A stretch of DNA of 64,000 bases. Source: Candidatus Eiseniibacteriota bacterium. GTDB lineage: Bacteria; Eisenbacteria; RBG-16-71-46. The stretch covers positions 1 through 64,000 of the forward strand of contig JBGAOA010000001.1 in assembly GCA_044222065.1 (NCBI GenBank), given 5' to 3'. Under the pieces are notes generated by a model that saw only the letters and a list, made by a program, of their open reading frames with translations, made no database searches and was not told the origin of the DNA. Within the stretch, counting starts at the first letter, position 1. Every line of letters starts with the position of its first letter. Below are positions 19,534 to 28,581 of the stretch, piece by piece. The translations under genes and the position numbers were made by a program.

Positions 19534-20331
19534 GTGGCGCAGATGCACGAGATCGACTACCAGATCATTGGCGAGGACATGCAGTTCGTGAAGGTCGAGC
19601 TCGATCCGGGCGAGGCGGCGATCGCCGAGGCCGGCATGATGATGTACATCGAGGACGGCATTCAGATGGACACCGTCTTCGGCGACGGCTCGGCCCAGAA
19701 CAAGGGCTTCATGGGCGCGCTGATGGGCGCCGGCAAGCGCCTGCTCACCGGCGAATCGCTGTTCACGACCGTCTTCCACAACGAGTCGCAGGCGAAGCGC
19801 AAGGTCGCCTTCGCGGCGCCCTATCCCGGGCGCATCATGCCGGTGCACCTCGCCGAGATCGGCGGCGAGCTGATCTGTCAGAAGGACTCGTTCCTGTGCG
19901 CGGCGAAAGGCGTCGCGCTCGGCATCGCGTTCAACAAGCGCTTCGGCGCCGGCCTGTTCGGCGGCGAGGGCTTCATCATGCAGCGGCTCACGGGCGACGG
20001 CTGGGCGTTCGTGCACGCGGGCGGCATGCTCGAAGAACGCGTCCTCGCGCCGGGCGAGACGCTGCGCGTGGACACGGGCTGTCTCGTCGCGCTCGTGCCG
20101 ACGGTGACCTACGACATCCAGTTCGTGGGCGGCTTGAAGACCGCGCTGTTCGGCGGCGAGGGTCTGTTCTTCGCGACGCTGAGGGGCCCCGGCAAGGTGT
20201 GGCTCCAGTCGCTGCCGTTCAGCCGTCTCGCGAGCCGCATCTACGCCGCGGCGCCGCAGACCGGGCGCGGCGGGCGCGAGGAAGGCTCGATCCTCGGCGG
20301 ACTCGGCAACCTGCTCGACGGCGACAACTAG
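19534..20331 (+). CDS. TIGR00266 / AIM24 family protein
   Basis: [56 protein letters not shown]. Confidence 0.92.
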   Translation: MAQMHEIDYQIIGEDMQFVKVELDPGEAAIAEAGMMMYIEDGIQMDTVFGDGSAQNKGFMGALMGAGKRLLTGESLFTTVFHNESQAKRKVAFAAPYPGRIMPVHLAEIGGELICQKDSFLCAAKGVALGIAFNKRFGAGLFGGEGFIMQRLTGDGWAFVHAGGMLEERVLAPGETLRVDTGCLVALVPTVTYDIQFVGGLKTALFGGEGLFFATLRGPGKVWLQSLPFSRLASRIYAAAPQTGRGGREEGSILGGLGNLLDGDN

Positions 20332-20343
20332 ACGCTCTCGCAC

Positions 20344-20381
20344 CGCGGCCCCGGCGGCGACGCCGGGGCCGCGCGTGTTTT
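20344..20381 (+). terminator. Intrinsic terminator
   Basis: cgcggccccggcg-gcga-cgccggggccgcg followed by gtgtttt. Confidence 0.65.
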
Positions 20382-20393
20382 CGGACGCCGCGC

Positions 20394-21659
20394 TCAGCGA
20401 ACGCCGAGCGCCGCATCGAGCGCCGGGTCGCGCGCGGCGCGGAAGTCGGACCAGCGCAGCGGCACGCGCACCTTGGGCTCGAGCAACGGCGGGTCGCCGC
20501 TCACGGCGCGGAAGTAGCGGGTCGAGTGCGTCACGATCAGGTGCGAGTTCGGAAGGCGGAACGACTGCAGCTCGCCCCACGTGTTCGGCCGCCCGCCCGA
20601 GGGTTCGCCGACCAGCACCGCCCGCAACTCTCCGCGCAGCTCGATCGCGTTCAGTGTCGCCGACGAGCACGTGCGCCGTCCGATCAGCGCGACGAGTCGT
20701 CCGTCGCCGCGTGCGAAGCCGCGGCGCTTCAGCCCGTCCATGAGCGGCGACAGGAGTCGCGAAGAGCCCCCGGGATTCGCCCGCAGGTCGATCACGATCT
20801 TCCCGGGGCGGTGGTCGTCCACCCACGCGAGCACGTCGCGCGTGAAGGCGTCGAAGGGGAGCGACGCGTCGTCCACGGCGCGGTTGTAGCGGATCAGCAG
20901 CGCGCGCGCGTCCGGAATCTCCGCGAACCAGTAGTTCGCGTTCGGCCGGCGGCGCGCGAGCGCGGGCTCGGTCCCGCGGGCCCGCTCGTACGTCGTCCAG
21001 TGCACTGTGCTGTCAGCGACCGCCTCCACGTCCACGTCGCGTCGCGCGCCGGAGTCGTCCGCGAGCGACAGCGTCACGCGCGCGGGGTCCGCCGGAACGC
21101 CGGCGGCGGCGAGCAGGGCGGGGCTCGTCATCGCCGTGCCGAGCTGGGCGAGCAGCCACCACGAGGTGTCGTGCGGGATGAAGGGTGCGAGTCGGCGCGC
21201 AACCTCCTCGATGCCGGCGCCGCCGATGGCCGTGACGCGCGAGCCGACGAGTTCCATGAGCGTCGTGTCCGCGGCGAACACGTACCAGCCCTCTTCGAAC
21301 CTCGAGAGCGCGATCGGCAGCCGGGGGAGCGCCGCTTCGGATCCGAGCCAGACGACGCCCGTGTGGGCGTCCGTCATCGCGCCGGCGAGCACGAGCCCCG
21401 TCAGGAACTGGGCGTCCGTGAGCGTCGCCGCCGAGCGATCGAGCGAGTCGAGTACGGAGTCGAAGCGCTTCCGGTCCACGAGCGTCGCAAATCCCGGATG
21501 ACGCTTCGGCAGCTCCTCGCGCAGGAAACGGACGTCCTCGCGCCAGTGCGCGACGCGGACGTCGGGCGAATCGCCGGCGGCGCGGGTTCCGCTCGGCGCG
21601 ACCAGCCCCGCGAGCAGCGCGAGGCCGCACGCGATTCGAAGCCGGGAGGAGACGATCAC
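20394..21659 (-). CDS. Secreted S41-like peptidase
   Basis: Signal peptide, DAHT, IVIDLRANPGG, RTCSSA, VGEPSGG. Confidence 0.7.
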   Translation of the reverse strand: MIVSSRLRIACGLALLAGLVAPSGTRAAGDSPDVRVAHWREDVRFLREELPKRHPGFATLVDRKRFDSVLDSLDRSAATLTDAQFLTGLVLAGAMTDAHTGVVWLGSEAALPRLPIALSRFEEGWYVFAADTTLMELVGSRVTAIGGAGIEEVARRLAPFIPHDTSWWLLAQLGTAMTSPALLAAAGVPADPARVTLSLADDSGARRDVDVEAVADSTVHWTTYERARGTEPALARRRPNANYWFAEIPDARALLIRYNRAVDDASLPFDAFTRDVLAWVDDHRPGKIVIDLRANPGGSSRLLSPLMDGLKRRGFARGDGRLVALIGRRTCSSATLNAIELRGELRAVLVGEPSGGRPNTWGELQSFRLPNSHLIVTHSTRYFRAVSGDPPLLEPKVRVPLRWSDFRAARDPALDAALGVR

Positions 21660-21867
21660 CGCGGCATCCTCGCCGCTCGCGCGGGGGTCGCGCAATGCGG
21701 GCGCGGGTTCCCGCTCGCGCCCGCTCGCACCTCGAATCCCCGCATTCGTCGGGAAGACGTCCGCTCCGGGCTGGCCCGCGATGCACGCGCCCGGCTACTG
21801 TCCTGCGCGCTTCGACACGCCCACACGGGCCGACCGCCCTCCGCCACCTCCCGCACAGGAGTTCCCC

Positions 21868-23931
21868 ATGATTCGCCCATCGCGCCTCCTCGCCGCGCTC
21901 GCGCTCGTCGCGCTCGTGCCGGCCTCGGCGCTCGCTCAGCAACAGAACACGATCAACAAGGGTTACATGGACCCGTCGTGCTCGCCGTGCAAGGACTTCT
22001 ATCGGTACGCGATCGGGGCGTGGATGGACACCGCGCAGATCCCGGCCGCCTACACCGGCATCGGCGCGGGACGCGAGATGGCGGACCGCAATACCGCAGC
22101 GCTTCATCGCGTGCTGGAGAACGCGGGAAAGAACGTCGCGACGGCGAAGGACGTCGACGTGAAGAAGCTCGGCATCTTCTACAACACGCTCATGGACTCC
22201 GCGCGCGCCGACCGCGAGGGCGCAGCACCCCTTCAGCCGTATCTCGCGCGCATCGAGAAGATCGCGAGCAAGGCCGACCTGCAGCGCGCGTTCGAAGCGA
22301 GCGTGCTCGACGGCGTCGGCGCCGGATTCTTCGCGAGCGGGCTGCCGTTCCCGATCGGCCCCGAAGCGGATCCCAAGGCGAGCACGCAGACGATCGCGCA
22401 GCTCTTCCAGGGCGGGCTCGGCCTGCCGGAGCGCGACTACTACTTCCGCACCGACGGCAAGTCCGACACGCTGCGCCGCGACTACGTCGCGTTCATCGGA
22501 CACATGTTGCAGCTCGCGGGCGAGAGCGAGGCCCAGGCGACCGCCGACGCCGACAAGATCATGAAGCTCGAGACGGCGCTCGCCGAGTCGTCGCTCACGC
22601 GCCTGCAGATGCGCGATCCCGAGAAGCTCTACAACAAGCTGACGGTGAAGCAGCTCGGCGCGATCGCGCCCGCCATCGACTGGGCCGGCTACTTCAAGGC
22701 CGTCGGCGTGCCTTCGCTCGCGAACGCGGACGCGCAACTCGACGTCTCGGTGCCGATGTTCCTCGCGCAGGTCTCGAAGCAGATCGAGGCGACGCCGCTC
22801 GACACGTGGAAGGCGTACCTCAAGTACCACTACACGCGCGCCGCGGCGCCGTGGCTGTCGCAGAAGTTCTTCGACGAGTCGTTCGCGTTCCAGGCCAAGA
22901 TCCTCGGCACGCCGCAGCCTCTCCCGCGCTGGAAGCGCGCCTCGGGCGCGATCGACCGCGCGATGGGACACGCGCTCGGCAAGGCGTACGTCGCGACCGA
23001 GTTCCCGCCGTCGTCCAAGGCGCGCATGAACGAGCTCGTCGACAACCTCATGGCGGCGCTCGACGAGCGCATCGCCTCGCGTCCGTGGATGAGCGACGCG
23101 ACGAAGAAGCAGGCGCACGCGAAGCTCAAGGCGATCGCGCGCAAGATCGGCTATCCCGACAAGTGGATCGACTACTCGAAGCTCGCGGTGGACGAGAAGT
23201 CCTACGGCGTCGAGCTGATGCGGCGCGCGACGGAGTTCGAGACGCGGCGCCAGCTCGCGATGATCGGGAAGCCGGTGGATCGCACCGAGTGGGGCATGAC
23301 GCCACCGACCGTGAACGCGTACTACAACCCGTCGTTCAACGAGATCGTGTTCCCGGCGGGCATCCTGCAGCCGCCGCAGTTCAACCCGCTCGCCGACGAC
23401 GCGATCAACTACGGCGGCATCGGCATGGTCATCGGCCACGAGATCACGCACGGCTTCGACGACGAGGGCCGCAAGTACGACGCCGCCGGCAACCTGCGCG
23501 ACTGGTGGACGGAGGAAGACGGCAAGAAGTTCGAAGAGCGTGCGCAGAAGGTGATCGAGCAGTACGACGGCTTCGTCGCGGTCGACACGCTGCACGTGAA
23601 CGGCAAGCTCACGCTGGGCGAGAACATCGCCGACCTCGGCGGCATCACGATCGCCTACCACGCGTACCTGCGTTCGCTGAAGGGCAAGCCGGCGCCGGTG
23701 ATCGACGGGCTCACGGGCGAACAGCGCTTCTTCCTCGGCTACGCGCAAGCCTGGCGGCGCAAACTGCGCGACCAGTTGGTGCGGCTCGCGACGCTCACCG
23801 ATCCGCACTCGCCGGCGAAGTGGCGCGTGAACGCGCCGCTTTCGAACTTCTCGGAGTTCGCGAAGGCGTTCGGCTGCAAGGAGGGCGACGCGATGGTAAA
23901 CGCGCCCGAGAAGCGCGCCGAGATCTGGTAG
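21868..23931 (+). CDS. M13 family (neprilysin/PepO-like) metallopeptidase
   Basis: Signal peptide, DFYRYA, VNAYY, GHEITHGFD, GENIADLGG, DPHSP. Confidence 0.95.
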   Translation: MIRPSRLLAALALVALVPASALAQQQNTINKGYMDPSCSPCKDFYRYAIGAWMDTAQIPAAYTGIGAGREMADRNTAALHRVLENAGKNVATAKDVDVKKLGIFYNTLMDSARADREGAAPLQPYLARIEKIASKADLQRAFEASVLDGVGAGFFASGLPFPIGPEADPKASTQTIAQLFQGGLGLPERDYYFRTDGKSDTLRRDYVAFIGHMLQLAGESEAQATADADKIMKLETALAESSLTRLQMRDPEKLYNKLTVKQLGAIAPAIDWAGYFKAVGVPSLANADAQLDVSVPMFLAQVSKQIEATPLDTWKAYLKYHYTRAAAPWLSQKFFDESFAFQAKILGTPQPLPRWKRASGAIDRAMGHALGKAYVATEFPPSSKARMNELVDNLMAALDERIASRPWMSDATKKQAHAKLKAIARKIGYPDKWIDYSKLAVDEKSYGVELMRRATEFETRRQLAMIGKPVDRTEWGMTPPTVNAYYNPSFNEIVFPAGILQPPQFNPLADDAINYGGIGMVIGHEITHGFDDEGRKYDAAGNLRDWWTEEDGKKFEERAQKVIEQYDGFVAVDTLHVNGKLTLGENIADLGGITIAYHAYLRSLKGKPAPVIDGLTGEQRFFLGYAQAWRRKLRDQLVRLATLTDPHSPAKWRVNAPLSNFSEFAKAFGCKEGDAMVNAPEKRAEIW

Positions 23932-23996
23932 CGGCGGCACTCGACGCCGCTCGTCGCACACGGACCGCGCTCGTCCCGAGAGGGGCGGGCGCGGTC

Positions 23997-24027
23997 CAAC
24001 CTTTCGAGGCGAAGGCCGTGTCGAAGC
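23997..24027 (+). promoter_or_regulatory. Putative ECF sigma promoter (CAAC-N19-GTCGAAGC)
   Basis: caac-ctttcgaggcgaaggccgt-gtcgaagc upstream of the serine hydrolase. Confidence 0.45.
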
Positions 24028-24091
24028 GTCGTCGCCGCCGCGCTCGCCGGATCCGCCGTTCGCGCTCGGCCGGCCGCGAAAGGAGCCGCCC

Positions 24092-25435
24092 ATGAGACGC
24101 CTGAGCGGTCGCGCCTCGCTCGCGACGCTGATCGGCGCGCTGTTCCCGCTCGTGGCACTGGCCGCGGGTCCGGCCGCCCCGAATCCCGAGCGCCTCGGAC
24201 GCGCGATCGACGCGTGGGCGAAGCCGCTCGTCGCTTCGGGACAACTCTCGGGCAACCTGCTCATCGCGCACCGAGATCGAGTGCTGATCGAACGCTCGTG
24301 GGGATTCGCGAACGCGGAACTCCGCGCGCCGAACACGCCCGAGACGCGCTTCTGCGTCGCCTCGATCACGAAGCCGATGACCATCATCCTCGCGCTGCAG
24401 CTCATGGAGGAGCGCAAGCTCGGCTATCGCGACCCGCTCTCGAAGTGGATTCCGGACTTTCCGAACGGCGACAGCATCACGGTCGAGATGCTGCTGCGGC
24501 ATCGATCGGGCATACCGCACCGGGTGACGACCGACGCCGAGCAGACGGTGCCGCACTCGGCGGCCGACATGGTCGAGTTCGCCAGGAAGGCTACGCTCCA
24601 GTTCCGGCCCGGCGAGCGCAACGCCTACAGCTCCGGGGGCTTCTCGGTGCTCGCGCGCGTTCTCGAACTCGCGAGCGGCGAGCGCTACGACGATCTGCTG
24701 CGCCGCCGGTTGTTCGAGCCGCTCGGCATGAAGCACTCCTCGCACTGGAGCTCTCGCGATCTCGTTCCCGGCCGGGCCGCGAACTACGTGCCCGAGCTCG
24801 GCGGCGTGAGCAACCCGCCGTACGAGGACCTGTCGTACCTCGTCGGCGCGGGTTCGGTCGTCATGACCGCGCGAGACCTGCTGAAGCTGCTGTGGGCCGA
24901 CGCGAGCGGAGCGCTCGGCGAGACGCAACGCCAGTCCGCGCTGCGCGGCGACGGCATTCGGTGGAACGGCAGCACGAACGGCTTCCGCGCGTTCGCGGAC
25001 TTCGACACGGCGACACGGCTGTCGGTGATCTGGACGGGCAATCTGCACACGGGTGCGGTGGATCAGCTCCAGCGCGCCGCCTGGAAGTTGTTGCGCGGCG
25101 AGACGCCCGAGCCGGCACGGCTCCCGGTGACGCGCGCGGCGTCCGTCCCCGAGACGAAGCTGCGCGAGTGCGAAGGGCTGTACGACATCGCGAACAACCC
25201 GCGGCTCGAGGTGCGCGCGAAGCACGGCGGTCTCGACGTGAACGGCTGGGCGCTCGTTCCGACCTCGGACAGCACGTTCTTCTCGCTGCGCGATTACGGC
25301 GAAGTTCGCGTCGTGCGCGGCGCCGACGGGCGCGTCGCGAGCTTCGACTGGAAGGTCGGCGGCCAGAGCTTCCCGTGCCCCAAGGTCGCCGAGCTGCCGG
25401 CCGGCGGGGGCGACGGGGCGGGTTCGCGTCGCTGA
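24092..25435 (+). CDS. Serine hydrolase, beta-lactamase/AmpC-like family
   Basis: ASITK (SxxK), LLRHRSGI, FRPGERNAYSS; signal peptide. Confidence 0.85.
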   Translation: MRRLSGRASLATLIGALFPLVALAAGPAAPNPERLGRAIDAWAKPLVASGQLSGNLLIAHRDRVLIERSWGFANAELRAPNTPETRFCVASITKPMTIILALQLMEERKLGYRDPLSKWIPDFPNGDSITVEMLLRHRSGIPHRVTTDAEQTVPHSAADMVEFARKATLQFRPGERNAYSSGGFSVLARVLELASGERYDDLLRRRLFEPLGMKHSSHWSSRDLVPGRAANYVPELGGVSNPPYEDLSYLVGAGSVVMTARDLLKLLWADASGALGETQRQSALRGDGIRWNGSTNGFRAFADFDTATRLSVIWTGNLHTGAVDQLQRAAWKLLRGETPEPARLPVTRAASVPETKLRECEGLYDIANNPRLEVRAKHGGLDVNGWALVPTSDSTFFSLRDYGEVRVVRGADGRVASFDWKVGGQSFPCPKVAELPAGGGDGAGSRR

Positions 25436-25547
25436 ACGGAAGCGCTCGTGCGCCGCGCGGGCGGGCAATGAGTGCGGGAGCGAGCGCCGTGGAGGCCTTA
25501 GGCTGCGTCATCCGACCGCACCCGAACCCCCGTCCTTGGAGCCCCGC

Positions 25548-26441
25548 ATGCGCATTCCAGGATCCCTGCTGATCGTACTCGCCGTGCTCGCCGTCGTGAC
25601 CGCCGCCGCGCTCGCGCAGAGCAACTGGGACAAGGTCCAGATCAAGACCACGCCGCTCGCCGACGGAGTCTGGATGCTGCAGGGCGCGGGCGGGAACATC
25701 GGCGTCTGCGCCGGGCCCGACGGCGTGCTGCTCATCGACGACCAGTTCGCCGAGCTCAACGACAAGCTCGAGGCCGCGGTGATGGCCGTGTCGAAGTCGC
25801 CGATCCGCTGGGTGCTCAACACGCATTGGCACGGCGACCACACCGGGGGCAACGAGCTGCTCGCGGCGGCCGGCGCGACGATCGTCGCGCACGACAACGT
25901 GCGCACGCGCCTCGGCAAGGACAGCAAGGACGAGATCTTCGGCTGGGAGAGCAAGGCGGTTCCGTCGCGCGCGTGGCCGGTCGTCACGTTCGAGGACCGC
26001 GTGACGTTCCACCTCAACGGTCACGACATCGAGTGCTTCCACGTGAAGGACGCGCACACCGACGGCGACGTCGTCGTGTGGTTCAAGGACCTGAACGTGA
26101 TCCACGCGGGTGACGTGATGTTCACGAACATGTACCCGGTGATCGACGTCGCGACGGGCGGCTCGATCGACGGCATGATCGCCGGTTGCGATCGCATCCT
26201 GAAGCTCGCGAACGCAGACACGAAGATCGTCGCCGGGCACGGCGCGCTCGCGACGCGCGCGGACGTCCAGGCCTCGCGCGACATGATGGCGGTCGTGCGC
26301 GACCGCGTGCGGAAGCTCCAGAAAGCGGGCAAGACGACCGACGCGATCGTCGCCGCGAAGCCGCTCGCGGACCTCGAGACGAAGTGGGGCGGCGGCTTCG
26401 TGAAGGCCGACCAGATGGTGAAGCAGGCGGCGGCGCGCTGA
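25548..26441 (+). CDS. MBL-fold metallo-hydrolase (cyclase-like)
   Basis: NTHWHGDHTGGN, AHTDGD, HAGD, AGHG; signal peptide. Confidence 0.9.
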   Translation: MRIPGSLLIVLAVLAVVTAAALAQSNWDKVQIKTTPLADGVWMLQGAGGNIGVCAGPDGVLLIDDQFAELNDKLEAAVMAVSKSPIRWVLNTHWHGDHTGGNELLAAAGATIVAHDNVRTRLGKDSKDEIFGWESKAVPSRAWPVVTFEDRVTFHLNGHDIECFHVKDAHTDGDVVVWFKDLNVIHAGDVMFTNMYPVIDVATGGSIDGMIAGCDRILKLANADTKIVAGHGALATRADVQASRDMMAVVRDRVRKLQKAGKTTDAIVAAKPLADLETKWGGGFVKADQMVKQAAAR

Positions 26442-26453
26442 GCGCGGCGTCCC

Positions 26454-26509
26454 AGGCTCCGTTTGGAAACTCGATCGCCGCCTTGCACTCGAGTTTCCAA
26501 ATGAAGCCT
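26454..26509. repeat. Short (internally deleted) copy of an ERIC/MITE-like palindromic element
   Basis: Arms aggctccgtttggaaactcga / tcgagtttccaaatgaagcct (19/21 complementary); 17-nt core identical to 35819-35835 in the opposite orientation. Confidence 0.7.
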
Positions 26510-28400
26510 AGTTCTCTCCCCGTCCCACCCAGCAGCCCGCGCGCCGGAACGTGATCGCGGGCGCGCCGCCCGAGCGCCTCACGATGCGCATCGGGCGGGG
26601 GTCGCGCGTGAAGCCGGGATCCTCGCTCGTGAGCGTCGTGCTCCAGCGCCGCGCGGCGGGCAGCTTGAGCCGTGCGAGGTCCACGCGCATCGCGCCGTCG
26701 AACACGAACACGGCGACGAGCGGCGTCACGCCCTCGGCCTCGCGCGTGAGCACGAGCGCGTGCCGATCCACGACGCTGCACGAGAACGTCGCGCCCTCGA
26801 TCGCGCGCAGCGCGGGCTCCTTGCGGCGCAGGTCGATCAGCGCGCGGTAGTAGCGCAGCAGCGACGCGAACGGCTCGGACGTCGGCTCGTCCCAGTCGAG
26901 GCGCGAGGCCACGAACGTGTCGGGCGACTGCGGATCGGGAATGCGCGCGCGTGATGCGGCCGAGCGCAGTCCCGGCCACGAGGCGAACTCGTTGCGCCGC
27001 CCCTCGGTGATCCGCGCGCCGAGCCGGGGCCCGTGATCGGTGAAGAAGTGGAACGGCGTCGAGGCGCCCCACTCCTGGCCCATGAACAGCATCGGGGGCT
27101 CGGGCGCGAGCAGCAGCAGGGCCGTCGCGGCGCGCTCGACCTCGGGCTTCACGAGCGCCGACATCCGCTCGCCGAACGGCCGGTTTCCGGTCTCGTCGTG
27201 CGTCTGCGTGAAGAACAGGAAGCGCTTCGGCGGGATGCCGCGCGCGCTCGTGCCGCGTTTCTTCCCGCCGTGGTACTTCGACGGCTGCCCGGTGTAGAGC
27301 CAGCCGTTCTCGACGATCGTCGCGAGATCGCGCAGCGAGCCATTGAAGTCCTTGAAGTAGCTCGCGCGTTCGCCCGTGAGCATGCGGTGCAGGTGGTGGT
27401 GGAAATCGAACGACCAGTCGGCGTCGATGCCGTAGCCCCCGTCGGCCGCGGGAGTGATCACGGTGTTGAGGTTGCGGCCGTCCTCGGCGATGAGCACGAC
27501 CTCGCGGTCGGTGATCGTCGCCTCGACCCGCGCGGACAGCTCGCGCAGGAAGTGCGTCTCGCTCGCGTCGTGGATGGCGTGCGTCGCGTCGAGGCGCAAT
27601 CCGTCGAAGCGGTACTCCGTGAGCCAGTGGAGCGCGTTCTCGACGAAGAAGCGCCGCACGTGTTCGCTTCCGGGCGCGTCGAAGTTCAGCGCTCGACCCC
27701 ACGGGGTCTTGTGACGGCGCGAGAACATCTGCGGCTGGAACGCCGCGACGTACGCGCCGTCGGGGCCGAGGTGGTTGTAGACGACGTCGAGGATCACGGC
27801 GATGCCGGCGCCGTGCGCCGCGTCCACGAGGCGTCGCAGGTCGTCGGGCGCGCCGTAGCAGCGTGCGGGGGCGAACAGCGCGCCCGCGTCGTAGCCCCAG
27901 TTGCGGTCCCCGGGGAAGTCGTGCACGGGCAGCAGCTCGATCCCGGTGACGCCGAGGCGCTTCAAGTGCGGAAGCTTCGCGATCACGCCCGCGAACGTGC
28001 CCTCGGGTGTGAAGGTCCCGACGTGCAGCTCGTAGAGGATGAGCGTCTCGAGCGAGACCCCGCGCCAGTCGAGGAACGTCCACGAGAACGCGTGCGGGTC
28101 CACGACCGTCGAGGGACCGTGCACGCCGCTCGGCTGGTGGCGCGAAGCGGGGTCCGGGAACGGTCCCCGGCCATCCACGCGATAGCGGTAATGGTCGCCG
28201 GTGCGCACGTGCTTGAGCGTCGTTTCGAACACGCCGTCGCCGCGGTTCGCGAGTTCGACGATCGTGCCCGCGGCCTCGCCGGTCTCGACCAGCAGCTCGA
28301 CCTGGGCCGCTCCCGGGGCCTGAACGCGGAAGGAGGTGCCGAAGCGCGAAGGCAACGCGCCGAGGGTCAGGAACGGTTCCACTCGCGTGCGGCGCGGCAT
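26508..28400 (-). CDS. treZ: Malto-oligosyltrehalose trehalohydrolase (GH13)
   Basis: PDPASRHQPSGVHGPS, YELHVGTFT, NWGYD, LDVVYNHLGPDG, DGLRLDATHAI, LFMGQEW. Confidence 0.92.
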   Translation of the reverse strand: MPRRTRVEPFLTLGALPSRFGTSFRVQAPGAAQVELLVETGEAAGTIVELANRGDGVFETTLKHVRTGDHYRYRVDGRGPFPDPASRHQPSGVHGPSTVVDPHAFSWTFLDWRGVSLETLILYELHVGTFTPEGTFAGVIAKLPHLKRLGVTGIELLPVHDFPGDRNWGYDAGALFAPARCYGAPDDLRRLVDAAHGAGIAVILDVVYNHLGPDGAYVAAFQPQMFSRRHKTPWGRALNFDAPGSEHVRRFFVENALHWLTEYRFDGLRLDATHAIHDASETHFLRELSARVEATITDREVVLIAEDGRNLNTVITPAADGGYGIDADWSFDFHHHLHRMLTGERASYFKDFNGSLRDLATIVENGWLYTGQPSKYHGGKKRGTSARGIPPKRFLFFTQTHDETGNRPFGERMSALVKPEVERAATALLLLAPEPPMLFMGQEWGASTPFHFFTDHGPRLGARITEGRRNEFASWPGLRSAASRARIPDPQSPDTFVASRLDWDEPTSEPFASLLRYYRALIDLRRKEPALRAIEGATFSCSVVDRHALVLTREAEGVTPLVAVFVFDGAMRVDLARLKLPAARRWSTTLTSEDPGFTRDPRPMRIVRRSGGAPAITFRRAGCWVGRGEN

Positions 28401-28581
28401 TCGATCCTCGATCGGGGGCTCACGGGGTCGTGCGAAGCCGCGAATTCACCACGCCGCGAGCGAATCGCGCAAGCGCGCGGATCCGGGCAAGAAACGCGAC
28501 GGCCCGCCCTCACGGGGGCGGGCCGTCGCTCTGCGGGATCGCTCGCGGCGCCCGGACGGACGCCGCGGACGGTCCGCGTCG

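Noticed and set aside
19896..24417. Very long alternative-frame and antisense ORFs (e.g. 1399 aa, 1134 aa; also 37895..41203, 46926..50051, 47477..50590)
   Set aside because: These are Arg/Ala/Gly-rich shadow frames, expected at this GC content, and they overlap genes with clear family motifs.
24092..26441. Antibiotic-resistance beta-lactamases
   Set aside because: Only fold-level motifs are present. The serine hydrolase has YSS rather than YxN, and the MBL protein resembles generic cyclase-like hydrolases.
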